From Octopus sinensis (taxonomy: Eukaryota): DNA of 64,000 nt. The translations under genes were made by a program, and so were the position numbers. Positions 23,784-37,224 of the stretch are shown piece after piece. The notes beneath the pieces were generated by a model that ran no database searches, had not been told where the DNA came from, and saw nothing but the letters and a program-made list of their open reading frames with translations. The stretch covers positions 99,324,001-99,388,000 of the forward strand of contig NC_042997.1 in assembly GCF_006345805.1 (NCBI RefSeq), in the 5' to 3' direction. Position 1 is the first letter of the stretch. Every line of letters starts with the position of its first letter.

Positions 23784-24604
23784 ACATAATTATGTGTGTG
23801 TGTGTGAGTGTGTGTGTAAACAAAACTGCTACAATTAATTGTAATATAAATAAAGATTTTAAAACCATGATTCAACTGTAATAGTAATGGAGGTGATTAT
23901 CAAACCAGAATTGAATTCGATTTAAAAAGTAACGCTATCATCTTCAACTGAATACCAATGCAGGAAGCTTCTTTGAATTAGTTCACTTTGAAAACGTCGT
24001 AAGTGAGGGTCCCTTAATGAAATTGCAGCGACTACGATGCATAATTGCATACAGAGCAATGTGTAATTGCTGCAGTAGAAACATATGTTGGTCATTGTTA
24101 TATATGCTGTAGAAAACATTTTAATAAAAATGTTTTGGATGTGAATAGATCTCCACTCTCCTCTTGGTTTTCAATTATATACTCTACAGAACATTTGCAG
24201 TTCTAAATAGGAACAAGGAAGTACCCAACATGTAGAGCTTACAAGTACCAGTATCTATTTATACTTGAGTACTATGTAATTTGACTGTTGTGGATAGCCT
24301 GCATCTATACCATTTTATGAGATAATTCAGTATACGCCTGCTTACGAGTCTCATCGTGTCCTATGAAATGATATACTGAGATAATCTAGTTCTAGATATA
24401 CGGTCTGAGAATACGGAGATGATCACAATATTAATCAAAATATGACTGATCTTGGAATGAATCGGAGTCAGCCGGCTTGATCTGGCTTTAAAAAAAAGAC
24501 CGACAAAAATTACTAATTTTATACTTGAATGCAAATCAACAACTTTCAAGAAAAAAAATGAGAGATAGCCAATTGAATCGATTCGCAATGCATGGTGATT
24601 GACA

Positions 24605-24812
24605 AGGCGGTGAGCTAGCAGGATCGTTACGACGTTATCACTTAGCAGCATTTCTTCCGACTTTACGCTCTGAATTCAAATGCCGGGGTTGAGTTTGCCT
24701 TTCATCCTTTCGGGATTCATAAAACAAGTAACATTTGAACGATGGGAGTTACTGTAATCGACTTAGCCCGTCTTGCAAAATAGCTGGCCTGGTGTCAAAA
24801 TTTGAAATCAAT
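24605..24812 (+). mobile_element. tRNA-derived SINE family 2
   Basis: aggcggtgagctagcag..gaattcaaatgcc..tttgcctttcatcctttcggg..aaatttgaaa; many copies in window. Confidence 0.75.
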
Positions 24813-26292
24813 ACACAAACATCCAAGATATTTTATTTAGTCCGCTGCTGAAATACATCCGTCAACTGACTACATAGATCTGAAAAATAAATATTGCAGA
24901 TCTTGAGTGTGGGTATAATGTTTGGGTATGATGTTTTGAGTGTATGTTGATATGCATTCAAGTATAAAATTAGTATCGTTTTGATTAAATTAAGTACCAG
25001 CACTTGGTTAGTACTTTATTTTATCAACCCCGGAAGACTGAGTTGATCACAACGGTATTTGAAATGAAATGAAAAGGGATTCGAGCCAAAAAACAGTTTC
25101 AAATTTTGACCAGTAATTTTGAGGGAAGCGATAAGTCTATCACATCGACTCAAGTATTTATTTTATCGACCCCAAAAGGAATGAAAAGTAAAGTCGACTT
25201 AGCTGGAATTTTAATGTAATGAGTCGGAACAAATGACTCAAAGCATTTTTCCTACTCTCTAACAGTTCAGCCAACTCGCTACCTTATTCACTGCAAATAA
25301 TGCATTTTGTTCAGTGTTATACTAATTTTGTCCAAATTATGTCCACGAAACAAATCAATACTAATAATTATGTATATGAAAGTTAGAATCACACTCAAAA
25401 CTCAAATTCAAATGCGTTTCACAAATGTTATACAGTGAGTTGAAAACCCCTTTCTATGGGTGTTTAGAATTTTTTTTTTAATTGTAAAGGGGGTAATTCC
25501 GAAAAAAAGATCAGTTGATGGAAATTTTTTTACAGTGTCTTTACTATTTATCTTATTTCAATTATTGGACTACAGCCATGCTAGAGCACCAGACAATGCA
25601 GTTTACTGTGGATTTAGTTAACTGGTTAAAGCAACAGACTTGTTTCTGCTTTATTGGACCACCTCAACAAGGCTTGTTCTTACAGTTGACGAGACGCAGA
25701 GTAATCAATTTATATAAAGAAACAGAGGAGATATAGTGACACAGATTAGGAATATCAACAACATAGCTTAAAGGAAAATAAATATATTGTGAGGGTGTTC
25801 TAGAAACTAAATACACACATGATAGTCTTACAGGTGTAAGAAGCTACATAAAGATATGTAGGCGGACAAACAAGGTAATGTGTGCAAATGTATTCATCAA
25901 AGTATCTGGTAAAGTATCAGTAGGATAACATCTGAATAATATGTGTGTATGTATATTTTCAGTGTATGCATTATTGGTGTTCGTATGTGTGTAAATGTAG
26001 GATTCAAGAAAACGAAAAGAAATTAACAGCCATCATCTTAGCATTGGAAACACATTGAAAAATAGAAGCAAATAGCGGAATTTACATTTTTGATAATTTT
26101 TTTATATGGAAAAGATGTTCAACATGAGCATTAATTACTGAAATTCTCTCAGGCAAAGCAATAACAACTACGGCAACAACTGCTAGTCTTATTCAAAGTC
26201 TATGTGATATTGTACGTTTGCTTTTGGTTGTTTTTCGTGGAGGTCGTCTTTTCATCTATGGATCACGCATTAGACGTATAGACATACCTGTT

Positions 26293-26342
<50 letters not shown>

Positions 26343-26590
26343 ATGTATATATGTTTGTATGTATGTATGTGAACACACTGACATATATATATATACAATA
26401 TATATAACTTATGTTATGTATATATATATTTATATGTACATACATATATACATATATATACATACATATATATATATATATATTCATATATATCACATAC
26501 GTACATACGTTTATATATATTGTATATATATATATATATAATATATATACATATATATACATATATATGTGTATATATATGTATATATAT

Positions 26591-26632
<42 letters not shown>

Positions 26633-26656
26633 TACATGTAGATATATATATTGATA

Positions 26657-26701
<45 letters not shown>

Positions 26702-27236
26702 GTATGTATATGATACACATATATACAAGTAGATATATTCATATATACATACATACATACATGTGATGTGTATATGCGCATGTATTTCTGTGTATTTGTA
26801 TGTGTGAAAGTAAATTGAGTTATTGAATTCTAGTTTGAATACTAAGAATAGTTGAGTTGATATAATATATGTTATAAAAACAAAAGTATGGGCTTTGAAG
26901 AAAGAAGTAAAAAAATATATGTTATAAAATCCTGCAAGTCATGTTGTTGTTGCACTAATGAGTACTGAAGTAAAGGTTAACAATGGAATCTTGCATTAAA
27001 CACTGTGTTGTCGAAGGTTATGCAAAATGATTTTGAAATAGCGTGCGGAGGCGGATTTCAATTCCAAGTATATAGAATGTATGTTTGTATGTATGTATGT
27101 ATGTATGTATGTATGTATGTATGTATGTATGTATGTATGTATGTATGTATGTATGTATGTATGAATGTATGTATGTATCTATATATGTAAAACAAAAGTC
27201 AAGGTAGAAAATGCTAAAATAATTTTATAAAAAACA

Positions 27237-27278
27237 TTCCAGTACCGGTTTCAGTCATTGAGACATTTTCAACTGTAA
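27237..27278 (-). ncRNA. Minimal type-I HHR-like motif, U3:A8 variant
   Basis: TTACAG-TTGAAAA-TGTC-TCAAT-GACT-GAAAC-CG-GTA-CTGGAA; palindromic ACCGGT stem III. Confidence 0.5.
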
Positions 27279-27438
27279 GTATGGAAAACAATTAAATTTT
27301 GGTAAAATTAAAAGACAAGTTTTTTAAAAGAGTATTTGCATAGTATTCAAATACAAGGGGCATTTTCCTTGTTTCTGCCTGATTTTGTATCTCTTGTTTA
27401 CTCTTGTGCGTTCGAGGTCTTTGTGAATTCCTGGCAGG

Positions 27439-27540
27439 GAAGAAGAAGAAGAAGAAGAAGAAGAAGAAGAAGAAGAGAAGAAGAAGAAGAAGAAGAAGAA
27501 GAAGAAGAAGAAGGAGGAGGAGGAGGAGGAGGAGGTGGAG
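27439..27540. repeat. (GAA)n-(GGA)n array
   Basis: Directly visible. Confidence 0.95.
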
Positions 27541-29157
27541 AATGTGGGAGTGCCATGATAGCAGTAGAATGCTAAATGGTCAAGTGCCCTGTAAGTGACT
27601 TGGTTGTGGATGATAGTAATGATTGAATTCTTGAGACATGTCTTTTGAATGTATTGTTTATAAAATTTGCATCATGTGCTTCCCAATTTGTTTGTTTTCC
27701 AGGCTTCTATTCTACTCAGCAGCTTCCTTCTGTTGGTGCCTTTTAATACTGGCATTGTGTTGTTCCTTTCTGAAAACTAGATGTGGTTTCAGGAAAATTT
27801 GGCTGCTATCAGAAGCAGGTCGAGCAACTACTTAGAAAATCCTTCCAAGGAAACATTGGTCAAATGATTGTGGATTGAGCAATGGTTCGTGTAATTTTAC
27901 TAGCACAGAACTGTATCTGATGGATCTACATACTTGAAAGGTAATGGAGTATAACTTCCTTGTTTGAAAATGTTGTAACCATATGTTTATATCAAGTCGT
28001 CCATGATTCCTTCTGCAACTTGACATCTTTGTTGTAAGTAATCTCTATTCGTTTCTTCCTCCCTTCTTAGTTTAGATCTAGATTAATAATCACAATACCT
28101 CATGTTTATTTGTGGATGAAGGAAAGAATAGCATGTGTTACGTTGATTTCTCGCTCATTAGCTTTGAGAGGGGAATAAAAGGGCGATAACTAGTAAACGA
28201 AAGCGGATACGGTATCGGATTTAAATCTCTGTGAGCTTACTCTCTACTTTATGGCGCTCGGTAATATTGATTGAATTCATTGATAAGCTGCAAAGCAAAA
28301 GATAAGCTGTCAGGAACGGAGTTTCTCGCTGCTTATAAAGATGGAATTGATTGATATCATTTGACAATACACAAAGTCCCTGGCTTGTATGCAAGACGAA
28401 TAAGGATATTACAATATTCATGCCTTCTCCAACAGTATTGATGACGTCAATGAACTGAGATATCTTCAAAGAGGAATCGAAACCGATCGGGGACCTTTAA
28501 TTTTATATTACTCGGCCATATATTGGAACATGGAGATTCATAAAAATTCGTTGAAGTAACCAAAAGAAAAGTAATAATAATAATAATAATAACAACAACA
28601 ACACATACACAGACTAAACAATTTGCTTTAGAACGTGGGAAATATATTAATTTGAAACAGATGTAAGATGGCTGTTCAATCATAAATAAAATGATAGAAA
28701 CGTTTGTCTTGTTATTTTTGGTGGGTGTTTTTCTTTGCATTAACAAGCGAATAACTTTCTTCAGATTCAGTTGTACTTCCCAATAATAATTGCAATTTTC
28801 TGACAACGCTGATTGTCTTTCATCGTACTACATTTGTTGCTTAGTCTGTTTGATTCCAGTTAGTTCTTAATTCAACATACTCAATTCTATATCGTTATCT
28901 CGAGTGTTTTGTTGATTCTGATAATTTTTTTTTCTCTTTACTTTATGATCATCAGTTCACCTATTTTAATTTTCTTCTTTTCTCTCTATTACTTACTCTC
29001 AATATATTTAATCTCTCTTCGTTTTTGTTTAGAACATATTTGCTATTGGTTCTTAGCATGTTTTGTTTCTTTTTGTCTCCTGTGTTTCTTCACGCATTAG
29101 TCTTTCAGTTATTGTCATTCTTCTTTCCACATCTCTTCTTTATATATCTTTTCTTTC

Positions 29158-29197
<40 letters not shown>

Positions 29198-30663
29198 ACT
29201 GATTAACTTTCTCTTTTGTTTTTCTCTCTTATCTTTTCTCTCATTATCTCAAATTATTTTCATCTTTCACATCCATTCCTCCTCTTTCACCCTGTCTTTC
29301 ATTATCTTTTCTCGCGAGTAATTCATTACGCAATCAGTTGACCTGCGTGAAGCAGTAACCAAATTCTCTTTAGTCATACTCTACTGTCTTGAAAAAAGAA
29401 GACAGCGAATAATGTGGTTCCTACATAGCTAAAAACAACTGAATAATCTAAGATGAAAGAAGCTTGATTTAGATCTGTCCAACCAAGGTTCACCTGTGCT
29501 AAATAACGTTCTTTCTCACTCTAAACATTATCTATTTTACACTCTTACTTGTTTTACTAAACACTTTACCTTCCTTGGTGAAACTACACACTCATATTTA
29601 AACTGCTATTTCCTCATTAACTTTCTTTACATGTAATCAGCATCTCTCTTATATTTTCTTTATTGCATTTCGCTACCTACCTGAATTTTGCTCTCCCCCT
29701 CTCTCTCGCTCTTTTCCTCCCCTCCCTCCCCCCTCTCTCTCTCTTTCTCTCTCTCGCTCTCTCCCTCCCACCCCTCTCTCTCTTTCTCTCTCCCTCTCTC
29801 TCCCTCCCCCCTCTCTCTCTCTCTATATATATATATATCTATTGATCACCTGATGGTTTCTCTTTTATTTATTGCAACTCCCTAGTCATATAACCTACTA
29901 TTTCTATATCCTTCCTTTCTCTGTTTATTTGACACTTTCTCTTTCTCAGCCTCTCCCTTTCCCTCCTCTCTTTCTGTCTCCCCCTTTCTCTTTCTCTCTT
30001 TCCTCTCTCTCTCTCCCTCCTCATTTTCATTTCTGCTCTGATGTTCTTATAATCACTCTTTCATCCTCTTTCTTAAACTAAGTTAACATATTCCCCAGTA
30101 TATTTATTAAACCTTTTCCGTTATTTTTTGTTCGTATATTTATTGCAAACGTATCTTCTAACGGAATAATCTAACAGAATATATGATATGGGAATAACTC
30201 CCTTTTTCCCCAACAGCAGCAACGATTTTCCTTTCTTCTCCAAATCACAATCGTTCACTAGTATTCTTTCCTCAGTGTCTCTTCTGCCATCTCCGCTCCA
30301 TCTATCACATTTTTTACTACAATTTAATTTTATTCTCGTTGGTATATATTATTCCGATATAGCGTATTGTTATCGTTGTTGGTGTTTTTATATTTCCTAT
30401 TTGATGTTTATCAGAGACCCAAGACAGCCATATCACGTCTTTTGACAAAGCTAAGTATTTGATGTTACTGCAGTTTAAACCCATTTCAGCTCTGAGCTGA
30501 CCTATGTTCAAATGCCTTCTAGCCATCTCAAAGTTGTTTTATGCAAAGGTTGTGCAATATGTGCGAGTGTGCGCGTGTGCACGTCTGCGTGTGTGTGCGT
30601 GCGTGTGTCTGTGTGTGTGTATGCGAGTGTGTACGCCTGCGTATGCAAGCAAATAGGTACGTA

Positions 30664-32258
30664 CGAGTGTTGTGAACTGAAAAGTTCATAGTCTGACAAT
30701 GAAGGAGTGATGCTAGAGCTGCGAAATCTTGTATACATTAATTTCAACTCTGTTTATTCAGAACAGCATTATTTCTAGGTAAACTGACATGTGACTGTTC
30801 GAAGAAGACTTCGAATGTAACTAGTAGTGACCTCATTTGAAAATCGACAAAATTTGGCATCGTGGTATTACTAAGCACCTCCAGAAAAACGTTTTAGTCT
30901 CCAACATTCATGCTGACATAGATGCTACATTAGGGGATGATGCTCCAGTTTTATCAGCAGTATAAAAGTGTGCAGCTGAATTTCGGAGGGGAGGGAGAGT
31001 CTAGAAGACAACCCAAGGTGTGGATGTCCTGTAACTGCCACTATGGAGGAAAACATTGATCATGTTCATCACATAGTGAGGGATGACAGTCGATGGTGGA
31101 TGGGAGGTGGTTGACTGTAAATCTAATAGCCAATACTATTAGCATTTGAGAATATTCTGCGCAATGAGCTTGGCATGACGAAGGTTTCTGTTCGATAGGT
31201 GCTACGTCTTCTTAACATCTGATCAAAAGCGCAGCAGGCTGATCACTTCACGGGAAAATCTGACTTTGAGGCAGACTCAGAAGGTTTCCTTGAATGTTTT
31301 CTAACTAATAAGCCGTTAAAAACGAAACTTAAGGTTCCAGTCGACCAATATTTTATACATAGTTAGGGTGGTGAGCTGGTAAAATAGTTAACACACCGGG
31401 CAAAATATTCAGCGGCATTTGCCGTTCAAGAATTTGGACCTGGAGATCTCCATTTCCAGCGACTTCGAGGGCCACATCCCAGTGGTGTCGGGCGTCAACG
31501 AAGAGCCCTCGATTACAACAAGACCACCAAAGTTTTTTTTCCAAGGTCTGAGGTATCCCGCCCCGAAGCCCTAGACCATCACCTAATCACCCTTACCCGT
31601 CTTGTTGCTTAACAACAACAACTCATGCTGAATGTTGAAATCATCACACTTGAGCCAGAGACAATCGTGTAGTGGAAATACTCCCCCTTCATCTGCTCCA
31701 GAGGAAGCCAAGGCCGTTTCATCTACAGGGAAGGTGTTGGCCTCAGTTTTTTGGGATGCAAAATGCATTGTGTTCATTGACTATCTTCAAAATAGCCACA
31801 CCATAAACAGGGAATACTATGCCAACTTGTTGAGGCTGTTACGAAAGGTGCCAAAACCAAACTCTAAGGAAAAATTACGAAAGAGGGCTTGTTTCACGAG
31901 GACAATGCTCTTGTACACCAATCTCATTCATTTCAATTGCTGTTGTGCTTGAGTGTAGCTTTGAACTGGTTGATCAACCTCCCCCTTCTCCTGATTTGAC
32001 CCCATCTGAATATCATCTGTTCTCCAACATAAAAAAACACTTGGCTTGGAACGAGTATCACATTAAAGATGACGCTATATCTGCTGTCGATGACATTTTT
32101 GCCCAACAGAATGAAATTTGCTTCACCTACGAGATCTGAGCACTGCAAACCGATGGAAGACTTGCGTAGACCGTAATGGGAGGGGGCTATGTTGAAAATA
32201 AATTTCATTTGGTCACAATCCATGAAAGTAACTTAACCTATGGACTTTTCAGCCGACT
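30664..32258 (+). mobile_element. Decayed mariner interrupted by a ~310-bp insertion
   Basis: LGDDAP..AEFRRG..LEDNPRCG, KVLASVFWDAKCIVFIDYLQ, QPPPSPDLTPSEYHLF; degenerate TIRs sharing ctgaaaagt(t/c)catag. Confidence 0.85.
31308..31620 (+). mobile_element. Chimeric insertion: 113 bp matching 34439-34551 plus a LINE-like 3' end with (AAC)n tail
   Basis: 31308-31420 vs 34439-34551 shows 9 mismatches in 113 bp; the remainder ends cttaacaacaacaa; mariner frame resumes at ~31625. Confidence 0.7.
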
Positions 32259-32375
32259 AAATTTTGCCTTTTTTACTTTCTCACTCTCTCTCCCACCCTC
32301 AAATGCACAGACACATGCACACACATGCACAGTAATATTATATATATATACATACATACATACGTATACATATAT

Positions 32376-32424
<49 letters not shown>

Positions 32425-32450
32425 TATATATAATATATATATATATATTT

Positions 32451-32482
<32 letters not shown>

Positions 32483-32496
32483 ATATATATTATATA

Positions 32497-32534
<38 letters not shown>

Positions 32535-32541
32535 ATATATA

Positions 32542-32610
<69 letters not shown>

Positions 32611-32613
32611 ATA

Positions 32614-33660
32614 CAGGGGTTGGACAAAAGAGTGGAAACACCTTTAGATTTCAAACAAATTTATTTTAATATGCGGTAGGGCCGCCTTTGGCAGTAATTA
32701 CGGCTTGAATCCTACAAGGTATGGACTTATATAAAGTTTGAATTGTTTCCAAAGGATTTTTGTCAATTCTCCAGCTAAATTGGTCTCCAGTTCTTGTAGT
32801 GATGATGGTGGAGGATATCGACTCTTGTTTTTCTAAAATGCACCATAACTGTTCAATAATATTGAGATCTGGGGACTGTAGTGGCCAGATAAGATGTTCA
32901 ACTTTCACTCGAATGTTCCCCGTACCTTTCAGTAACAACTTTAGCTGTGTTAATTGGTGCATTATCATCCTGAAAGATTGCGTTTCCCTTTAGGGTGAAT
33001 TTTATCAGATAAAATGCTTAAATAGTCTTGACTATTAATTCTGCCATGAAGGAAAACCATTGGACCGGCGGATTTCCAAGATATAGTCGCCCAAATCATC
33101 ACAGATCCTCCTCTATGTTTAACAGTTGGAAAAATGGCAGTCTGGGTCAAAAGCTTCTTTTGGCTGTCTCCACTCGTATATTCGGCCTGTAGTCGGAAAT
33201 ACGGTAAAGGATAACTCGTCCAAGAAAATAACATTTTTCCACTGCTCTAGGGACCAATTTTGGAGGTTTTTACTCCACGCTAAACGCTTTGCAACAATTG
33301 TTTTTGAAAGAAGTGGTTTTCTTATTGCAGCCCTTCCGTGAAATCCGGCTTTTTGCAGCTCCCAGCAAACAGTTTTTGTGGAAACTGGGTTCTCGAGGTG
33401 GTCATTAAGCTCTGCAGTAATTTTGGGAGCTGTCATTTTGTGATGCTTTCTAACAATTCGTGTAAGAATCCGACGGTCCCTATCTGAAAGTTTTGGTTTT
33501 CTTCCGGAGTTTTTTCCCGCTTTCTCAAAGGATGTCATTACTTTCGAGTCAGTACTACTTTTATACACCAAACATTTCGGCTGTTTTCGTTACGCTAACG
33601 CCTGCCATGCGAGCACCAGCAAATTGACCTCTTTGAAAGTCTGATAGATTTGTTATTTTA
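32614..33660 (-). mobile_element. Tc1-like (DD34E) transposon remnant, one TIR retained, internal deletion
   Basis: LSDFQRGQ..GRKPKLSDRDRR, VIFLDELSF, TVKHRGGSVMIW, WPLQSPDLNIIEQLW; terminus TA-CAGGGGTTGGACAAAA at 32614. Confidence 0.9.
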
Positions 33661-33713
33661 ATGAGAGAAAAATGTGTAGTAATTAACAGTTCAACATGAT
33701 GAGGATGAAGATA

Positions 33714-33772
<59 letters not shown>

Positions 33773-33915
33773 CAAAAGCAACGTTGGCCTGCTCACCTAT
33801 CCAGCAAGGTGGCATCATTTGAAATCTAAAACAATGCGAAGCGCATTGTGATCAGAGATATTAACAAGATCCAACAGTCTGGTCGATACCGTGAAATATA
33901 TAAAAGTATGCACAC

Positions 33916-33947
<32 letters not shown>

Positions 33948-34495
33948 TTGTATCAATCAATCTATATATATATATATATATCCTTGTAAGTGTGCCTATG
34001 TGTATGTCTTCCAGTGTGTATTTTCATGTGTATGTGTTACCATATGTGTACGTATAGATATATAAACCAGTTTCTTAACAAGACTATTTACTTCTGACAA
34101 CCAAACCTATCTTAGGACACATTAATCATTCGAAGCCTTTTGACATCTTCCCACCTTGCTGGCCACATCTGTCTGTTTCTTCACTCCGCTTTCTCTCCAC
34201 ACTAATCTATTATCTTTTGTTTTCTTCCTTTATCTCTTTCTTTTCTGTGCTAGTGTGTTTCTTCTTATTTGTTTCTTTGATCCTCGGTCTATCTCATTCT
34301 CTTTCGCTTCACATATAAAATTATTTACCTAACTGTTTAACCAATATACATAACTTATTTCATATATAAACACACTTTGTGTGAAAAAAATCTCTGGTGT
34401 ACGACTGAAAGTTACGTTTATTAGATGCAACTTGCTACATAAGCCGTTTAAAACGAAACCTAAGGTTCCAGTCGACCAATATTTTATACATAGAT

Positions 34496-34720
34496 AGGGT
34501 GGTGAGCTGGTGAAATAGTTAAGACGCCGGGTAAAATGTTCAGTGGCATTTCTTCCATCTTTACAGTCTGACTTCAAATTCCGCCGAGGTCGACTTTGCC
34601 TTTCACCCTTTGGTGGGGGGGGGTCGATAAAATAAGTACCAGTTGAGCGCTGGTGACGATGTAAGCAACTTCTCCTACCGTGAAATTACTGATCTTGTGC
34701 AACAAATTTGAAACCAATAT
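34496..34720 (+). mobile_element. SINE family 2
   Basis: agggtggtgagctgg..ttcaaattccgccgaggtcgactttgcctttca..aaatttgaaacc. Confidence 0.75.
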
Positions 34721-34822
34721 TTTATACAGTTACATATATCACACAGGTTCATATACACACACATACATATATGTGTAGATAATTGGCTGGATGTGTGTAT
34801 GCACACGTGTAGACAGACAGAC

Positions 34823-34920
<98 letters not shown>

Positions 34921-34993
34921 ACTGACTAATAAATTTCTTCAGAATCCAATTCTCAAAACTAGTAATTCACTAAACGTTAAAGCAATTCTCTAA

Positions 34994-35127
34994 TCTATAT
35001 AAAACAACAGATGTTAAGTCAACGTGTTATGAGTTCATTATCGCTTTGTTTTATTCAGTTTTTGTGTATATATATGTGTGTGTGTGTGTGGTGAGTGTGT
35101 GTGCATGTGTGTGTATAAATGTGTATG

Positions 35128-35181
<54 letters not shown>

Positions 35182-36900
35182 TATATACATATAATACATA
35201 TATACACATATATAAATAGTTGAAATGTTTTATATATATGTGTGTATGTATTCTGTTGTGTCTGGGGAGAGTCATTTTCTTTTTGTGCCTTATAATTCAA
35301 CACACTCACCGGTAAAATTTCCACTTATTTCTTATTTTTATTTTCCTAAAATTTTCGTTGCGTCTTGCAACCTTTTCAGTAGTCAAGACTATTCAAAAGG
35401 TTACAAGACGCCACGAAAATTTTAGGAAAATAAAAATAAGAAATAAGTGGAAATTTTACCGGTGAGTGTGTTAAATTATAAGGCACAAAAAGAAAATTAC
35501 TCTCCCCAGACACAACGGAATATGCTTCAACACATTAACTCACTTAAAGTATCTTGCAAACCAAATCCAAAACCGATATATGCATGTATCTTGTACATAA
35601 ATGGCAATTTCTGTCTGTCTATCTATCCGTCTGTCTGTTACCATCTTGGTTCCTACACCAGCGAACAAATCGTGACGAAACTTTGCATACATGTTCAACT
35701 AACGTCCAGTTGAATTATAAGCTAATTAGATTTCAATAAAAATCTATGATGAACCCACCCACCAATTGGGGGACTCTTTCTTGGTATTACCGGTCAAGTG
35801 ATTTATTTTACTCGGTTGGGCTATTATTTGATAAAATGAGAAATGTACATTGAGTGTCAGTGTGAGAGAGATGTAGTGGCATAGTGAGTGTGACTGATAT
35901 CAGGGAACTGCTGAAGAAAGTTGCGTAAGCGACAACTATGGAATGGCAGAAGGATGGCTGTCATTCAGACGCTGCATACATACTTTCGTAAATACATAGA
36001 TACATGCACACACACACAATGCGCGCGCGCACACATACACATGCACATACACATAAGTAATTTTTAAAACGCCAAGGAAGAGAAAGAAAGGTGGACGTGA
36101 GGAATACATATCTTTAAGGAGAAACGGGGTAAGTTGACAACAACTGTTCAGTTGTGGCTTTTGTGTTGTCCTTCTCAATGAAACACTCACACACAGACAC
36201 ACACATACATACATATATAAACGTACATGCATACATACATTTGTCTACTATACACCATTTTAAACTTGTGATTACCTGTGTGTGCGTTTGTGTGTGTATG
36301 TGTGTGTGCGTATGTGTGTGTGCGTGTGTGCGTGTATGTCACGTCCTATAACTGTCTGTTTTTCTATTTTTATAGGGTCTTTCAAGTTGCTCTCACATAT
36401 TGTTATATTTTAAAACTACTTCAAAAGTTTCAAATTTGGTATATTGAAATAACTTTCCACGCTAAATCCGATTTTGTTATTTATTTGTTCTAGAAAAACT
36501 GCAGAAAAATGTTTCTGCGGCTTAAAGTTTAATCAATTTTACCTAATCAGAAAATAGGATTTGGAAGCAGGCATTTCCTGAATGATAGCTGTCTATCACA
36601 AAATGAAAGCAGAATGATTACGAGGAGGAACGTTTATTAAACAAACGAAAGCAAAGCATTACGGCGACCAAAGTTTTGAGTACGTTTTAATGAATAAGGT
36701 CATGTGAAACAGTCGAGCAAACATAAAAATAATTTAAAAAGGAAAAATACTCAACGAAGTTTTTTCAGAAAATTCCACAAATTTATCCTGATCGAGAGGC
36801 CTATCTGTCGGGATAGGCATGGTCTGACATGCAATAAACAACAATTTATAAAAGACATTCTATTGTAAAACTTACCCAGCAACGACGTGTTATTCGGTTA
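34994..36900 (+). mobile_element. Possible non-autonomous Helitron-like composite, with a second homologous head at ~36901
   Basis: A-TCTATATAAAAC start; gtctgtctatctatccgtctgtc tract; acccagcaacg.. near the end; head sequence repeated at 36902-36995; no clean CTRR end. Confidence 0.3.
35249..35522. repeat. 274-bp palindrome (136-bp arms, 2-nt loop)
   Basis: Axis at 35385-35386 (agtc-aa-gact); about 7 mismatches counted by eye. Confidence 0.92.
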
Positions 36901-37032
36901 ACATATATATAAAACAATAGATATTTAACTCAACATATCATGAGTTCATTATCACTTAATGTTTAATTTTAGTTTTAGTATATATGTGTGTGTGGATGTG
37001 TGTATGCGCGTTTGTGTGTGTGCGTGTGTGCG

Positions 37033-37224
37033 TGTATTAAAGGAAAATGAAAACAAAAGCAAGGCGGGACGAGCATCTCAGGTCATTTAGAATATTTAAA
37101 AGCAGAAGCAGAAGTAATTAATGTCTTACAGCTGTTTCTGAGATATCCCAGGTAATGGGATATTCTAAATGACCTCAGATGCTCGTCATGGCTTGATTTT
37201 GTGTTCCTTTTTCTTTAATATATA
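37033..37224. repeat. Imperfect ~60-bp inverted repeat with a 28-bp near-perfect core
   Basis: 37068-37095 vs 37160-37187 has 1 mismatch; spacer holds an ATATCCCA/TGGGATAT hairpin and GAAAC-AGCT-GTA on the minus strand. Confidence 0.8.

Noticed and set aside
28455-28500. GAAAC-CGATCG-G palindrome resembling HHR stem III
   Set aside because: No recognisable CUGANGA core or stem I.
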